The notes under the pieces were generated by a model, which was not told where the DNA came from, did not search any database, and saw only the letters and a program-made list of their open reading frames with translations. Both the position numbers and the translations under genes were made by a program. From a virus (Duplodnaviria > Heunggongvirae > Uroviricota > Caudoviricetes), in the IMG/VR virus record IMGVR_UViG_3300009983_000002: a DNA stretch of 64,000 bases; one strand, written 5' to 3'. This document shows, one piece after another, positions 28,201 through 36,400 of this stretch; the first letter of the stretch is position 1, and each line of letters begins with the position of its first letter.

Positions 28201-28606
28201 CACGCCTCCTATGACGGAAGAGCTAGTCGATCAGGCTATGGAAACGATTGAAGCCTGGGACAAATTCTTCATCGGCTTCATTGAAGACGGCAAACTCGAA
28301 GCATCTTCTCACCCTGATCTCCCGGAAATCATTCTCGAAGACGACGAAACAAACCATGTCAGCATCACCGCGTTGCGCCTTCACTTCGAAGCGTATCTCA
28401 CCCATCTTGGCGGCAACGCTCGCCACAAGCTTGGCAATCGTGGCTTCCTTAAAAAGCAAGCCATTAAATACCTCGGTATCGAGGACAAGTCGGTTGCCCA
28501 TCGTTTCGGAGGCGAGGTCGTTCGCTGCTACAAATGTCCTCCCCTTCCCGAAATCCGCGCGCGTATCACGCAAAAGCTGAAGATCAAACTTGACTTGCCA
28601 GATTAA
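25289..28606 (+). CDS. DNA primase/helicase (prim-pol N-terminal region, Zn-binding segment, SF3/D5-like helicase C-terminal)
   Basis: 1105 aa from ATG 25289. Cys/His cluster HYRCPNDDEH...CVNAG...CMHASCAEKH. C-terminal Walker A AIKGLKGTGKSKL and Walker B LMVCEEAFW typical of P4/D5-type primase-helicases. Confidence 0.65.
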   Translation: MNRLTNEESFFEVLSNVFGDAKGDAVFFADGDNRLESRDYDEIVEALGDGASLTLVTSKMEILGIAAESIGEFPTPTFIVGHEERDFEFNVWLFKTPVDFTFGSKLSLGLEAAAKKLDENSHIGSQFPVPGVNGWDFIGDVGPRWDVAEFLDAVGIDADSVQSQVEKVLFPSGSNNAESDENPPDVTVREQSSAEATNVTDGEQLKIGDALIYGDFDDAFLATKLKLGVSVKGAKTKPGEWQNAELTVTDLLLLLSEHEQGAKDGKCILQGEVIDGERKAQSVRACHILMLDLDTGEDLQDTIKKLQQLGLAAAVWTTHSHLKPSTSIRKDAVVRFIKEKREPNLDDVKRYLLEVKRYRPYIIDSAALGPAEHTKEGLQLVVNHLPMPKFRVMFFLSKPFVFADFLDNRTANEAWKAAYERTSDMLGAFYDKACTDPSRLMYTPRHGEGAKGYSIHFIAGKPLDLDAAPAPADARQAAFSAAAAQTSVIDKRDVKSSDYQTSWLRGFLAKNSDVFQVADFFEAYGEPRGPRNGAGAHYRCPNDDEHTNAGDPEDKGFYCVNAGEGDYVEGFIAKCMHASCAEKHRGHMLDLMVVEHDLSEEDLNQFCDEALRPDQEPAKQEAPKQQAPIVLEAEEGDEDQTDSDDDYTASSAYDEPHIKRAMQTMNKEWAVVTLGTDVRIMREPKQAGKMPSFHGIEAFRNLYSNKKINVPVEGGYKAVPVTKLWLEWPQRRTFFDGVIFEPEEQNPDAYNLWRGYPTQAKRGSWSMLREHVYDNICAGDEERFNWFMTWLAQIVQFPGRKMGSAVAIKGLKGTGKSKLFEWVKKGLGNHAIKVSQKKHIVGDFNGHHKGVTLMVCEEAFWAGDHAAGNALKDLITSDTMMFEQKGIDAVPISNYVRLAFISNEHWIVPAGLEDERRYFVMECKDTRRGDIPFFIAIDEQMENGGLEAMWYELSNWDAHELYPEKGWNILRTPPMTEELVDQAMETIEAWDKFFIGFIEDGKLEASSHPDLPEIILEDDETNHVSITALRLHFEAYLTHLGGNARHKLGNRGFLKKQAIKYLGIEDKSVAHRFGGEVVRCYKCPPLPEIRARITQKLKIKLDLPD

Positions 28607-28624
28607 AAATGGAAGCGTGTAAGA

Positions 28625-29002
28625 ATGCTTACGCTCCCTGCGATCCTCAAGGGCCGGGTCCTTTATCGCAAGGTGCTCTGCACACTGCCGGAGAAAGCGT
28701 ATTCGCCGCTTATCCAGCTAGTGGGCTCCGTGCTGGCCGACAAAGATGGAGTCTACATTGTAGCTGAAGGCCATCCAACGGTGATGCTGCGACGTGAGGT
28801 CAACGAAGCTGACTTCCGCGTTCGCTGGAACCACGCGATGCACGCGCCAACACGTCGTCTGTTGATGCAGGCTCTGCAAATTGGAAAGCTGGATTCCTGC
28901 ACGGTCTCCGACGTATTGTTCAACCCCGCGACGAAGAGGGTCGTTCTCGACGAGAACATCCCCAACGTCCTCTTCATTGGAATGGAACGCAAAGATGCCT
29001 GA
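28625..29002 (+). CDS. hypothetical protein
   Basis: 125 aa. Confidence 0.4.
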   Translation: MLTLPAILKGRVLYRKVLCTLPEKAYSPLIQLVGSVLADKDGVYIVAEGHPTVMLRREVNEADFRVRWNHAMHAPTRRLLMQALQIGKLDSCTVSDVLFNPATKRVVLDENIPNVLFIGMERKDA

Positions 29003-29297
29003 TGCTCCCGAACAAGAATTCGAGCACGCATTTCTCGACCAGTCGCAAAGCTTCATGAATGGCTTCGCCCTGGGCTCTCTGTGGGAGCAATTCGACCGTC
29101 ATGTGCCTGTCTTCTGCATCCTCCATCCTTCGTGTCTCACCGACGCCCTGAAGCTCGCCAGCTATTGCGGCTACGACATCAAGCACCGCGAGACCATCGA
29201 CACCGGGACCGGCGAAGTCTGCATTGTATTCCACGGCGAGCCCGGCGCGGCACCTGCAAGGACAAAGCTGACCCTGATCCAAGGTGGCAGGAACTGA
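28995..29297 (+). CDS. hypothetical protein
   Basis: 100 aa; internal ATG of track ORF 28881..29297 overlapping upstream stop. Confidence 0.4.
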   Translation: MPDAPEQEFEHAFLDQSQSFMNGFALGSLWEQFDRHVPVFCILHPSCLTDALKLASYCGYDIKHRETIDTGTGEVCIVFHGEPGAAPARTKLTLIQGGRN

Positions 29298-29322
29298 ACA
29301 ACTTTCTCCCGGCGAGCGTGGT

Positions 29323-29760
29323 ATGGAAAAACTGATCCCCTACGAGCAGGCGTTGCGGCTGGCCCGCAAGTCTACAATCGACTCGCTGCTGCGCTACCTG
29401 TTGCAGCCCGACCTCCTTCCCCAAGGCCACGCCTTCTACGTCGTCGTCGTTCCCAAGGTCTCTGGCGTCATCCTCCCCGCGACGTGGATGGACAAAGACG
29501 AGGTCACTCTGGTGCTCCAGCATCAGTGGAAGAATGCCAGGATCGAGAACGAAATCCTTTTTATCGACCTCTGCTTCTCCGGCAAGTGGTCGCGCTGCGT
29601 GATTCCCTTCGAGTCCATTCAGACCTTCAGCGACTACCATGCAGGCTTCGCCGTCCACAAGCGCGTGACCTTCACGGAAACACCGCCGCCCCCGCCGGAG
29701 CCCGAACCCGCTCCCGACACCACGGTCGTGAGCCTCGATAGCTTCAGGAAAAAGACTTGA
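29323..29760 (+). CDS. hypothetical protein
   Basis: About 145 aa (MEKLIPYEQ...). Pro-rich C-terminus. Confidence 0.4.
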   Translation: MEKLIPYEQALRLARKSTIDSLLRYLLQPDLLPQGHAFYVVVVPKVSGVILPATWMDKDEVTLVLQHQWKNARIENEILFIDLCFSGKWSRCVIPFESIQTFSDYHAGFAVHKRVTFTETPPPPPEPEPAPDTTVVSLDSFRKKT

Positions 29761-29791
29761 CGCCGGGGCCCGCTTCTGTTAGCCATACAGA

Positions 29792-30277
29792 ATGCGTATC
29801 GCGGTAACAGGCTCCCGGCTCTTTGCCGACACCAAGATGGTGGGCAAGGCGATGACGAAGCTCCAGGCCAAGCTCACAAGGGATGCCCCGGCGGACAAGC
29901 TGCCGGGGATCACGAGCATCGTCCACGGGGACGCTCGCGGCGCCGACACCTTAGTCCACAACTGGGCCGTCCGCCACGGCTTCCATCACGTTCGCGACGG
30001 CGACTGGACGAAGCTCCAGGACCCCGCGCTCGCCTATCACATTTGGGGCAAGCATGTGATCCCCGTCGAAGCCAACTGGGATCAATTCGATCTCAAGGCC
30101 GGGCGCATTCGCAACGAGTTGATGAAAAACATGGGGATCGAACTCTTGTTCGCCTTCCCCGGCAACGCTGGCACGCTTGACATGGTTCGTCGCTGCCGCC
30201 GTGCGAAGATCAGGATCATTTTTGCCGAGGACTTTCTTCTCGACGACTACGAGGCCGGAGCCCAATATGAACTCTGA
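29792..30277 (+). CDS. DprA-like SLOG-fold protein (DUF2493-like)
   Basis: 161 aa; IAVTGSR and ITSIVHGDARGADTLVHNWAV parallel the DprA/Smf GSR ... SGxARGIDxxAH motifs. Confidence 0.45.
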   Translation: MRIAVTGSRLFADTKMVGKAMTKLQAKLTRDAPADKLPGITSIVHGDARGADTLVHNWAVRHGFHHVRDGDWTKLQDPALAYHIWGKHVIPVEANWDQFDLKAGRIRNELMKNMGIELLFAFPGNAGTLDMVRRCRRAKIRIIFAEDFLLDDYEAGAQYEL

Positions 30278-30908
30278 CCTGCAAGGGCAAGACGCTATGC
30301 GGTTCAAACAATTCGAAGCCATGATCGAAAAGAAGATCGCGGACGAGAACCCCGGCTGGTCCGATCTCCAGACCGGCATCTCGACGTGGGCTTTCGACAG
30401 TTTCGGCCCCACGACGGCATTGGTGACGGCCCGCCGTGCGAACACGGAGATGGCCGAACTCCAGAAGGAATTGGTCAAGGGCGTCAAAGACGAGATTTGC
30501 GCCGAAGCCGCCGACGTTGCCATCGTCGCGATTCGCATCTTCCACCTTCTCGAAAGCGACATGCGCCGCGAACTCGCGCTGCTGCCGCATGAGTATCGCA
30601 AGCAAATCTTGGACGCCCCTCTCGACGTGAAAGTCGCGATGGCGAACTTGGCGATGGCCGAACTCATTCGCGATACCACTATCTGGGCGGGGTCCGTCGA
30701 GGGATCGCAAGAGGCAAAGGCCTTGCGCGCCGCCGTGCTTTCGCGTAATGCTATCCTCTTCGTGCGGCTGATGGACATCACGCTGCACTTCAACGAACCG
30801 CTGATCGACATGGTCGCAGCGAAAATGATCATCAACTACAAACGGAAGTGGCTCAAAAATGGCGACGGGACTGGGCACCACGTCAGGGTTTCCGAAGGCA
30901 CCGAGTAA
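30267..30908 (+). CDS. MazG-like nucleotide pyrophosphohydrolase (all-alpha NTP-PPase)
   Basis: About 213 aa from ATG overlapping upstream stop. EMAELQKEL...EICAEAADVAIVAIRIF resembles the MazG EExxE/D helix pair. Confidence 0.4.
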   Translation: MNSDLQGQDAMRFKQFEAMIEKKIADENPGWSDLQTGISTWAFDSFGPTTALVTARRANTEMAELQKELVKGVKDEICAEAADVAIVAIRIFHLLESDMRRELALLPHEYRKQILDAPLDVKVAMANLAMAELIRDTTIWAGSVEGSQEAKALRAAVLSRNAILFVRLMDITLHFNEPLIDMVAAKMIINYKRKWLKNGDGTGHHVRVSEGTE

Positions 30909-31308
30909 GGCCGGGCGGTTCTTCATCTCCAGCGACGACGACGGGCACCGCTATTTGGTCCCCGCTGATAAGCGCGAAGAGTGGAACCTCTGGCGTAACA
31001 TCCCGAGCGAAGACGAGCGCTCATGGGAAGTGCCGTCGTTCGCGACGGAAATCGGCATGGCTCCGAGTAATGTCGAATTCGAACTCCCGCGTTTCTCCGA
31101 CGAGACCCCGGTCTTGGACGTGGACGAGACTCGCCCGCCGTTCAACCGCGAACTCACGCGCCATGCGCTCGAAGAGCCGATTTGTCTCCGCGACGGTCGC
31201 CGCTGGTGGGCCGCAGGCACGTCGGCGTGCGACGAAAACGGCATCATCACGATCCTTAAGAAGGACGAGGGCGGCCACTACTACGCGGAGAGTTTCGGCC
31301 CCGCGTAA
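30859..31308 (+). CDS. hypothetical protein
   Basis: 149 aa; overlaps previous gene by 50 nt, so true start is probably downstream. Confidence 0.35.
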   Translation: MATGLGTTSGFPKAPSKAGRFFISSDDDGHRYLVPADKREEWNLWRNIPSEDERSWEVPSFATEIGMAPSNVEFELPRFSDETPVLDVDETRPPFNRELTRHALEEPICLRDGRRWWAAGTSACDENGIITILKKDEGGHYYAESFGPA

Positions 31309-31919
31309 TGGAGAAATACACCGCCCTCCGTCTTTGCGATCTCGCAATCCCTTGGCTCCGCGCCAAGCACCCTGACGGGATAATCGTCAAGGAGTTTGTC
31401 TGCGGCTCCGCTGGCGACCCTCGCATCGACATCGCGTGCATCACTCCGAAGGGCATCATCGGGGTCGAGAACAAGAGCGACACCGACAGCATCGACCGCT
31501 TGGCCTCGCAGGGCACAACGTATTCCAGCGTCTGCGCCTACACCTATCTCTTCGCCAGCCCCAACCTCATGGTCGCGGAGAAGAACAAACAGAAGTGGTG
31601 GCGGGCGGCTCCCGCTTGGTGGGGGATGATGGGTCACACCGAAGGGCGTGGCGTCTATCTTATGCGGGAAGCCCCATATTCGAAGTTCCTCGCGCCTCAC
31701 GCCATCGTCGGCCTCTTGTGGAAGAATGAGCTTCACAAACTCGCGAAGGACAAGGGCTTGGAGCCCAAGGCCTCTTGGAATCGCGAGAAGCTTGGCAACT
31801 TGCTGGTAGACAACATTCCGCTTCCCGTGCTGCACCTTGCGGCGATGGAAGTGCTTCGGGCCCGCGACTGGGTCTCACCTTGGACAATGACATCGAGGCT
31901 TGTAGATGCAACCGACTGA
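31308..31919 (+). CDS. PD-(D/E)XK-superfamily protein (MmcB-like)
   Basis: 203 aa; RIDIACITPKGIIGVENKSD gives D...E-x-K. Confidence 0.4.
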   Translation: MEKYTALRLCDLAIPWLRAKHPDGIIVKEFVCGSAGDPRIDIACITPKGIIGVENKSDTDSIDRLASQGTTYSSVCAYTYLFASPNLMVAEKNKQKWWRAAPAWWGMMGHTEGRGVYLMREAPYSKFLAPHAIVGLLWKNELHKLAKDKGLEPKASWNREKLGNLLVDNIPLPVLHLAAMEVLRARDWVSPWTMTSRLVDATD

Positions 31920-32139
31920 CTTCACGGGAACGAACCTGACACTGGGAAAGCCGCCGGGCTGGGACGAAGAGAAGTTCGGCCCCTGCATCGACATCCGCGT
32001 CATGCAGCGCGGCTCCTATGTGATCTCCGGCTGGCTGCCGTCACCGGAGGAAATCGAACGCATCGTCGCGGGCAAGCCCGTCTTCGTTCACGTCGTCGGT
32101 CATTCGATGCCGCCTATGTGGGTCGATGTCGGTGACTAA
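31906..32139 (+). CDS. hypothetical small protein
   Basis: 77 aa. Confidence 0.35.
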   Translation: MQPTDFTGTNLTLGKPPGWDEEKFGPCIDIRVMQRGSYVISGWLPSPEEIERIVAGKPVFVHVVGHSMPPMWVDVGD

Positions 32140-32935
32140 GATCGCGCTTGACCTCTACTGTAAGGCCGGTGTCTCTGGGCGTGGGCTCGCACAAGCGGGC
32201 TACACGGTCATTGGTATCGACATCGAGCCCCAGCCAAACTACCCCTACGAATTCATTCAAGGTGACGCACTTCGCATTTTGAAGGAATTAGTGCAGACCG
32301 GATGGACTACCATTGGCTACGCCATCGGCGAGACCCGCTATTCCCGCACGCTCTATCTTTCGGAAATCGACTTCATCTGGGCGAGCCCTCCGTGCCAAAA
32401 GTTCTCGCGGATGCAAGCCGCGAACAAGGGCCGGGTCAAGCGTAAGAAGAAGCACAAGGACTTGCTGACCCCGACCTTGCGCGTCCTCCGCAAACTCGAC
32501 AAGCAAAACGGCGGAGCAATCCCCTGGTGCGTCGAAAACGTCGAAGGTGCGCCGATGAAAGACGCCTTCGTTCTCTGCGGCTCTCGCTTCGGCTTGGGCG
32601 TCAGTGTCGGTGGCGTCTGGTATCAGCTTCAACGTCACCGCCAGTTTGTCACCAACTTCGACGTTGCCTTGGAGCATCGTTGGAAGCATAAGCACAAACC
32701 CGGGCCCGTGATCGGCATCTACGGCGGGCACGTCAGGGTCAGGGCCGCACAATACGGCGGCAGGCAGGCAACGGAGAACGGCGTCTTCGGGAAGACCGAC
32801 AAGAAGCTGATCGCGTTGCTGGCGATGGGGCTCCCGCGTGACACGAAGATCACGATGGAAGAGCTAAGCAACGGCGTTCCTCCGGCGTATTCTCAGTTCA
32901 TCGCATCTCACGTTAACCGTTGGGTTAAACCTTAA
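32126..32935 (+). CDS. DNA (cytosine-5)-methyltransferase
   Basis: 269 aa; motif I DLYCKAGVSGRG, catalytic motif IV SPPCQKFS (Pro-Cys), motif VI VENVEG. Confidence 0.8.
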   Translation: MSVTKIALDLYCKAGVSGRGLAQAGYTVIGIDIEPQPNYPYEFIQGDALRILKELVQTGWTTIGYAIGETRYSRTLYLSEIDFIWASPPCQKFSRMQAANKGRVKRKKKHKDLLTPTLRVLRKLDKQNGGAIPWCVENVEGAPMKDAFVLCGSRFGLGVSVGGVWYQLQRHRQFVTNFDVALEHRWKHKHKPGPVIGIYGGHVRVRAAQYGGRQATENGVFGKTDKKLIALLAMGLPRDTKITMEELSNGVPPAYSQFIASHVNRWVKP

Positions 32936-33028
32936 TACGGCTGCCGCACCTGCGTTGGGTGTCATAAAATAGTGCTTGACTTCGTGGCCCGGGACTGGCA
33001 TAACCAGGGCATCGAAGGAGATTTGGAA
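32936..33028 (+). promoter_or_regulatory. promoter/leader region with conserved elements
   Basis: CACCTGCGTTGGGTGTCATAAAAT, then TTGACT, then 25 nt, then GGGCATCGAAGGAGATTTG immediately before ATG 33029. The same leader occurs at 55358-55376 on the minus strand. Confidence 0.5.
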
Positions 33029-34573
33029 ATGACCGTCACGTTGAGCATCCAGCAGGCAGCCGCCATTGATTGGGCGGAAAACGGCGAAGGTAACGCCGTG
33101 GTCGAAGCCGTCGCTGGCGCGGGTAAGACCTTCACGCTGGTTGAAATCCTGGAGAGACTGAGCCGTAAGGGCCTGACCACGGCGATGGTCGCCTACAACA
33201 AGTCGATCACCGTCGAAATCAAAGAGCGCACGGACGCCCGTGGCCTCGACACCGAAGTCGGCACGGCGCACAGCTTCGGCTTCAAGGGCGTGCAACGCGC
33301 TCTGGGCTTCCCGCAAGTGGAAGCCAAGAAGAACCGCGACATCATCCAGAAGCTTGCGATCCCCGGCTGGTATGCCGAGGTCGTGGACAAGCTCGTCAGC
33401 CATGCGAAGAACGCTGGCATCGGCATCGCCCGCCTTGGCGGCGACATCGACGACAACGCGAAGTGGATCGAAATCTTCGACCGCCACGATCTGATCGCGG
33501 CCCTGCCCGAAGAATTCCGCTACGGCGTGAACGCGATGGAAATCGCGATCAACGACGCGAAGCGCGTGCTCCGCAAGTCGAACGAAATCATCCGCGACGT
33601 GATCGACTTCGACGATATGTGCTACCTGCCGCTGCTGCTCGACATCCCGATGCCGCAATACGACTTCGTCCTTCTCGACGAAGCCCAGGACACCAACGAG
33701 ACGCGCCGTGCGCTCGTCGCGAAGATGGTGAAGCCTACTGGCCGCCTCGTGGCCGTTGGCGACCCCCACCAAGCCATCTATGGCTTCACCGGCGCCGACA
33801 ACGACTCTTTGGATCGCATCAAGCGCGACTTCAACGCCGTGACGCTGCCGCTGACCGTCACCTATCGCTGCCCGAAGGCCGTCGTCGCCGTCGCTCAGCA
33901 GTGGGTGTCGCACATTCAAGCGCACGAAAGCGCGCCGGAAGGCGAATACGACGCCGTCAGCTACGAAGACTTCATGGCGATGGACTTGGTCAAGACCGAC
34001 GCCATCCTCTGCCGCAAGACCGCGCCGCTGATCAAACTCGCGTATGCCTTGATCCGTCGCGGCACGCCGTGCAAGGTCGAAGGTCGCAACATCGGCAACG
34101 GCTTGCTGAAGATCATCCGCAAGTGGAAGAAGGCGAAGACGATCTCGGCTCTGCTCGACAAGGTTCGCGAGTGGGGTGATCGCGAGACCAAGAAGGCGCA
34201 GGCCGTGAAGGCCGAAGCCCGCATCGCCGCCATCGAAGACCTCGTGGAGTGCATCTACGAACTCGCCGCTCCGTTCTCGGGCCGCGACCCCGTCGCCCTG
34301 CTCGAAGAGCGCGTCAACGTCATGTTCGGCGACGACGTGACGGCGGCTGGCCTGATCACGCTGGCGACGATCCACCGCTCGAAGGGCCGCGAATGGAAGC
34401 GCGTCTTCTGGCTTGGCCGTGAAGCTTGGCAGCCGTCGAAGATGGCGAAGCAACAATGGCAGCTTGATCAGGAAATCAACCTGATGTATGTTGCCGCCAC
34501 TCGTGCGAAGGAAACGCTGATCGAAGTCAGCGCTCCGCCGGAGAACGAGAAGCCGAAACAGGAGCGCTTCTGA
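33029..34573 (+). CDS. UvrD/PcrA-like SF1 DNA helicase
   Basis: Start at ATG following the conserved leader (track ORF 32972 begins earlier at a GTG inside the promoter). GAGKTFTLV (Ia), DEAQDT (II), VGDPHQAIYGFTGA (III), TIHRSKGREW (VI). Confidence 0.8.
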   Translation: MTVTLSIQQAAAIDWAENGEGNAVVEAVAGAGKTFTLVEILERLSRKGLTTAMVAYNKSITVEIKERTDARGLDTEVGTAHSFGFKGVQRALGFPQVEAKKNRDIIQKLAIPGWYAEVVDKLVSHAKNAGIGIARLGGDIDDNAKWIEIFDRHDLIAALPEEFRYGVNAMEIAINDAKRVLRKSNEIIRDVIDFDDMCYLPLLLDIPMPQYDFVLLDEAQDTNETRRALVAKMVKPTGRLVAVGDPHQAIYGFTGADNDSLDRIKRDFNAVTLPLTVTYRCPKAVVAVAQQWVSHIQAHESAPEGEYDAVSYEDFMAMDLVKTDAILCRKTAPLIKLAYALIRRGTPCKVEGRNIGNGLLKIIRKWKKAKTISALLDKVREWGDRETKKAQAVKAEARIAAIEDLVECIYELAAPFSGRDPVALLEERVNVMFGDDVTAAGLITLATIHRSKGREWKRVFWLGREAWQPSKMAKQQWQLDQEINLMYVAATRAKETLIEVSAPPENEKPKQERF

Positions 34574-34854
34574 TGGGCACACGCAACGTCCGGGCACACT
34601 TCCAGTCAGGGTGCAACGGCACCCTGATCTGGGCCATCGACGCCGACGACGGCGCGGCCTCGATCACAAACGACGCCGAAGCCGTCACCGAGTTTCTGGT
34701 CGCAGCCTACGGCGACAAGCCCATCATCTACCGCGACACCGAAGGCCGCTGGGACTTCCTCGCCCATCGCGGCGGGCGGTTCACGGGCTTCGCGGTCTTC
34801 AACTTCGAAGGCGATGTCGCGAGCGCGCTGGCCGCCGCCGAGTCCTTCCTGTGA
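34573..34854 (+). CDS. hypothetical protein
   Basis: 93 aa; ATG overlaps upstream stop. Confidence 0.4.
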   Translation: MGTRNVRAHFQSGCNGTLIWAIDADDGAASITNDAEAVTEFLVAAYGDKPIIYRDTEGRWDFLAHRGGRFTGFAVFNFEGDVASALAAAESFL

Positions 34855-35045
34855 GCGACTACGGCGAGCAAGCGAAGGGCTTGACCGGCCAAGCCGACCA
34901 ACTGGACGCTGCGGCTCTCCAGGCCTCGACCTTGGCGATGTCTCGTGCGGCGTCAGACGCCGCCCGGGCCTGCCGCGATCTCGCCGACGCCTTCATGAAG
35001 CTCGACATCCAAATCAAGGCAATGGCGAAGAAAGCCAAGAAATGA
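34853..35045 (+). CDS. hypothetical small protein (GTG start)
   Basis: 64 aa; GTGA coupling. Ala-rich, basic C-terminus. Confidence 0.3.
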
Positions 35046-35299
35046 GCGAACCAGTCATCGGAAAATTCTACCGCCACTTCAAGGGCGGCCTCTACACAGT
35101 TCTCTTCATCGGAACCCACACGGAGTCCGAGGAAGTGCTTGTCGTCTACCGGCACGTCTCGGGCAACGTCTACTGCCGCCCTATCGACTCCTGGCGGACC
35201 CCGGCGAGGGTCGAAGGCGAACCCGTGGCCCGTGGCGGGCCTCCAGTCGCCAAGCAAGTCGAACGCTTCACGTTGCTGCCCGATGACTTCAAACTCTAA
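35042..35299 (+). CDS. DUF1653-like protein
   Basis: 85 aa; GKFYRHFKGGLYTVL...EEVLVVYRH resembles the DUF1653 YRHYKGG core. Confidence 0.45.
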   Translation: MSEPVIGKFYRHFKGGLYTVLFIGTHTESEEVLVVYRHVSGNVYCRPIDSWRTPARVEGEPVARGGPPVAKQVERFTLLPDDFKL

Positions 35300-35492
35300 G
35301 GCCCAGCCCGGTGCCCGCGTGGTGCTCGCCTGCGCCTTGTCCGAAGTCCCGGCGGGGCTCCGGCGCGGAGAGGTCTACGTCATCGACGCCGTCGAGCCTC
35401 CGCTGATCCCCCAGTTCCCGACGCGGTTGATCCTTCTCGGCCAGCCCTTCAGCTACGACGCAATTTTGTTTGACATCGCCGCCGGAGTGTGA
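35289..35492 (+). CDS. hypothetical small protein
   Basis: 67 aa. Confidence 0.3.
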   Translation, partial: SNSKAQPGARVVLACALSEVPAGLRRGEVYVIDAVEPPLIPQFPTRLILLGQPFSYDAILFDIAAGV

Positions 35493-35504
35493 TTAAGGTT
35501 AGGG

Positions 35505-36071
35505 ATGCTGGTTAAAACAGTGTCCCCGCCCTTCTTCACCGTCGCCGATCTCGAAGACAGGTTCGCGATCTCCGATCAGCGTCACCGCTTCTGGCTCCGC
35601 CGGGGGCCGCAGGACTACAAGAAGACGAGCCCCGAGGGCCCGCCAAAGCGCCTGCTCTTCGTCATGCTCAATCCCTCGACCGCCGACGCCAGCATTGACG
35701 ATCCGACCATCCGCCGCTGCCGCCAACTCGCCTTCGACAACGGCTACGGCGTCTTCGGCGTCGTTAACCTTTTCAGCTTCCGCGCCACGAGCCCCGACGA
35801 TCTGATCGCCGCAGAGTATCCGAACGACGAGAAAAGCGACGACGCCATCAAGGCCGCGCTTGACTGGGCCGACGAAGTGTGTTTTGCTTTCGGCGTGGAA
35901 CGCAAAGGCCTGAAGGGCCGCGACACATGGAAAGAGCGCGTGCAATGGGTGGCCGATCAGGTGGCAGCGAAGGGCAAGGTTCCGACCTGTCTGGGTCAGA
36001 CCAAGGACGGCTGGCCGCGTCATCCCCTGTATCTGAAGGCCGACTCGAAACTTCAAGCGTGGACGGGATGA
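35505..36071 (+). CDS. DUF1643-like protein
   Basis: 188 aa; LFVMLNPSTAD...NLFSFRATSP resembles the DUF1643 signature. Confidence 0.45.
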   Translation: MLVKTVSPPFFTVADLEDRFAISDQRHRFWLRRGPQDYKKTSPEGPPKRLLFVMLNPSTADASIDDPTIRRCRQLAFDNGYGVFGVVNLFSFRATSPDDLIAAEYPNDEKSDDAIKAALDWADEVCFAFGVERKGLKGRDTWKERVQWVADQVAAKGKVPTCLGQTKDGWPRHPLYLKADSKLQAWTG

Positions 36072-36400
36072 CCGACAAGTCGCCGCAGACAGTTTACAAC
36101 GAGAAGCCGCGAGCGCCGGAAGGCGCTGTCGTGCAAATGCTTCTCGTGCTCCCCAACTCCCGCCGTCGCGACGCCGTCTGGAATGCACTACGGACCTCGA
36201 TCATCAAGGGCAACGTCAACTGCCAAGCCAACATGAAGGTCATACGCTACGGCGACGCCATCATGGCCCATCGGTTCAACTTCATCATGTGCGTCGATGA
36301 TCCGCTCGACACCATCGAGACCCGGCGCCGCAATGACCAATATGTCCACGAGTCGCTTCGGTGTCGCCTCGTCCCCGGTGGAGAATTGGTGTGGATGTAA
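36068..36400 (+). CDS. hypothetical protein
   Basis: 110 aa; internal ATG of track ORF 35879..36400 overlapping upstream stop. Confidence 0.4.
   Translation: MTDKSPQTVYNEKPRAPEGAVVQMLLVLPNSRRRDAVWNALRTSIIKGNVNCQANMKVIRYGDAIMAHRFNFIMCVDDPLDTIETRRRNDQYVHESLRCRLVPGGELVWM

Noticed and set aside
32940-32962. TGTCATAAAAT read as an extended -10 with TTGGGT as -35
   Set aside because: Spacing between TTGGGT and CATAAAAT is only 2 nt. The TTGACT, 17 nt, CATAAC arrangement downstream is the better promoter model. TGTCATAAAA recurs 5 times (18712, 32951, 59700, 59773 and 59797 on the minus strand), so it is noted as a motif only.
32864-34597. 577-aa minus-strand ORF
   Set aside because: Antisense of the UvrD-like helicase gene.
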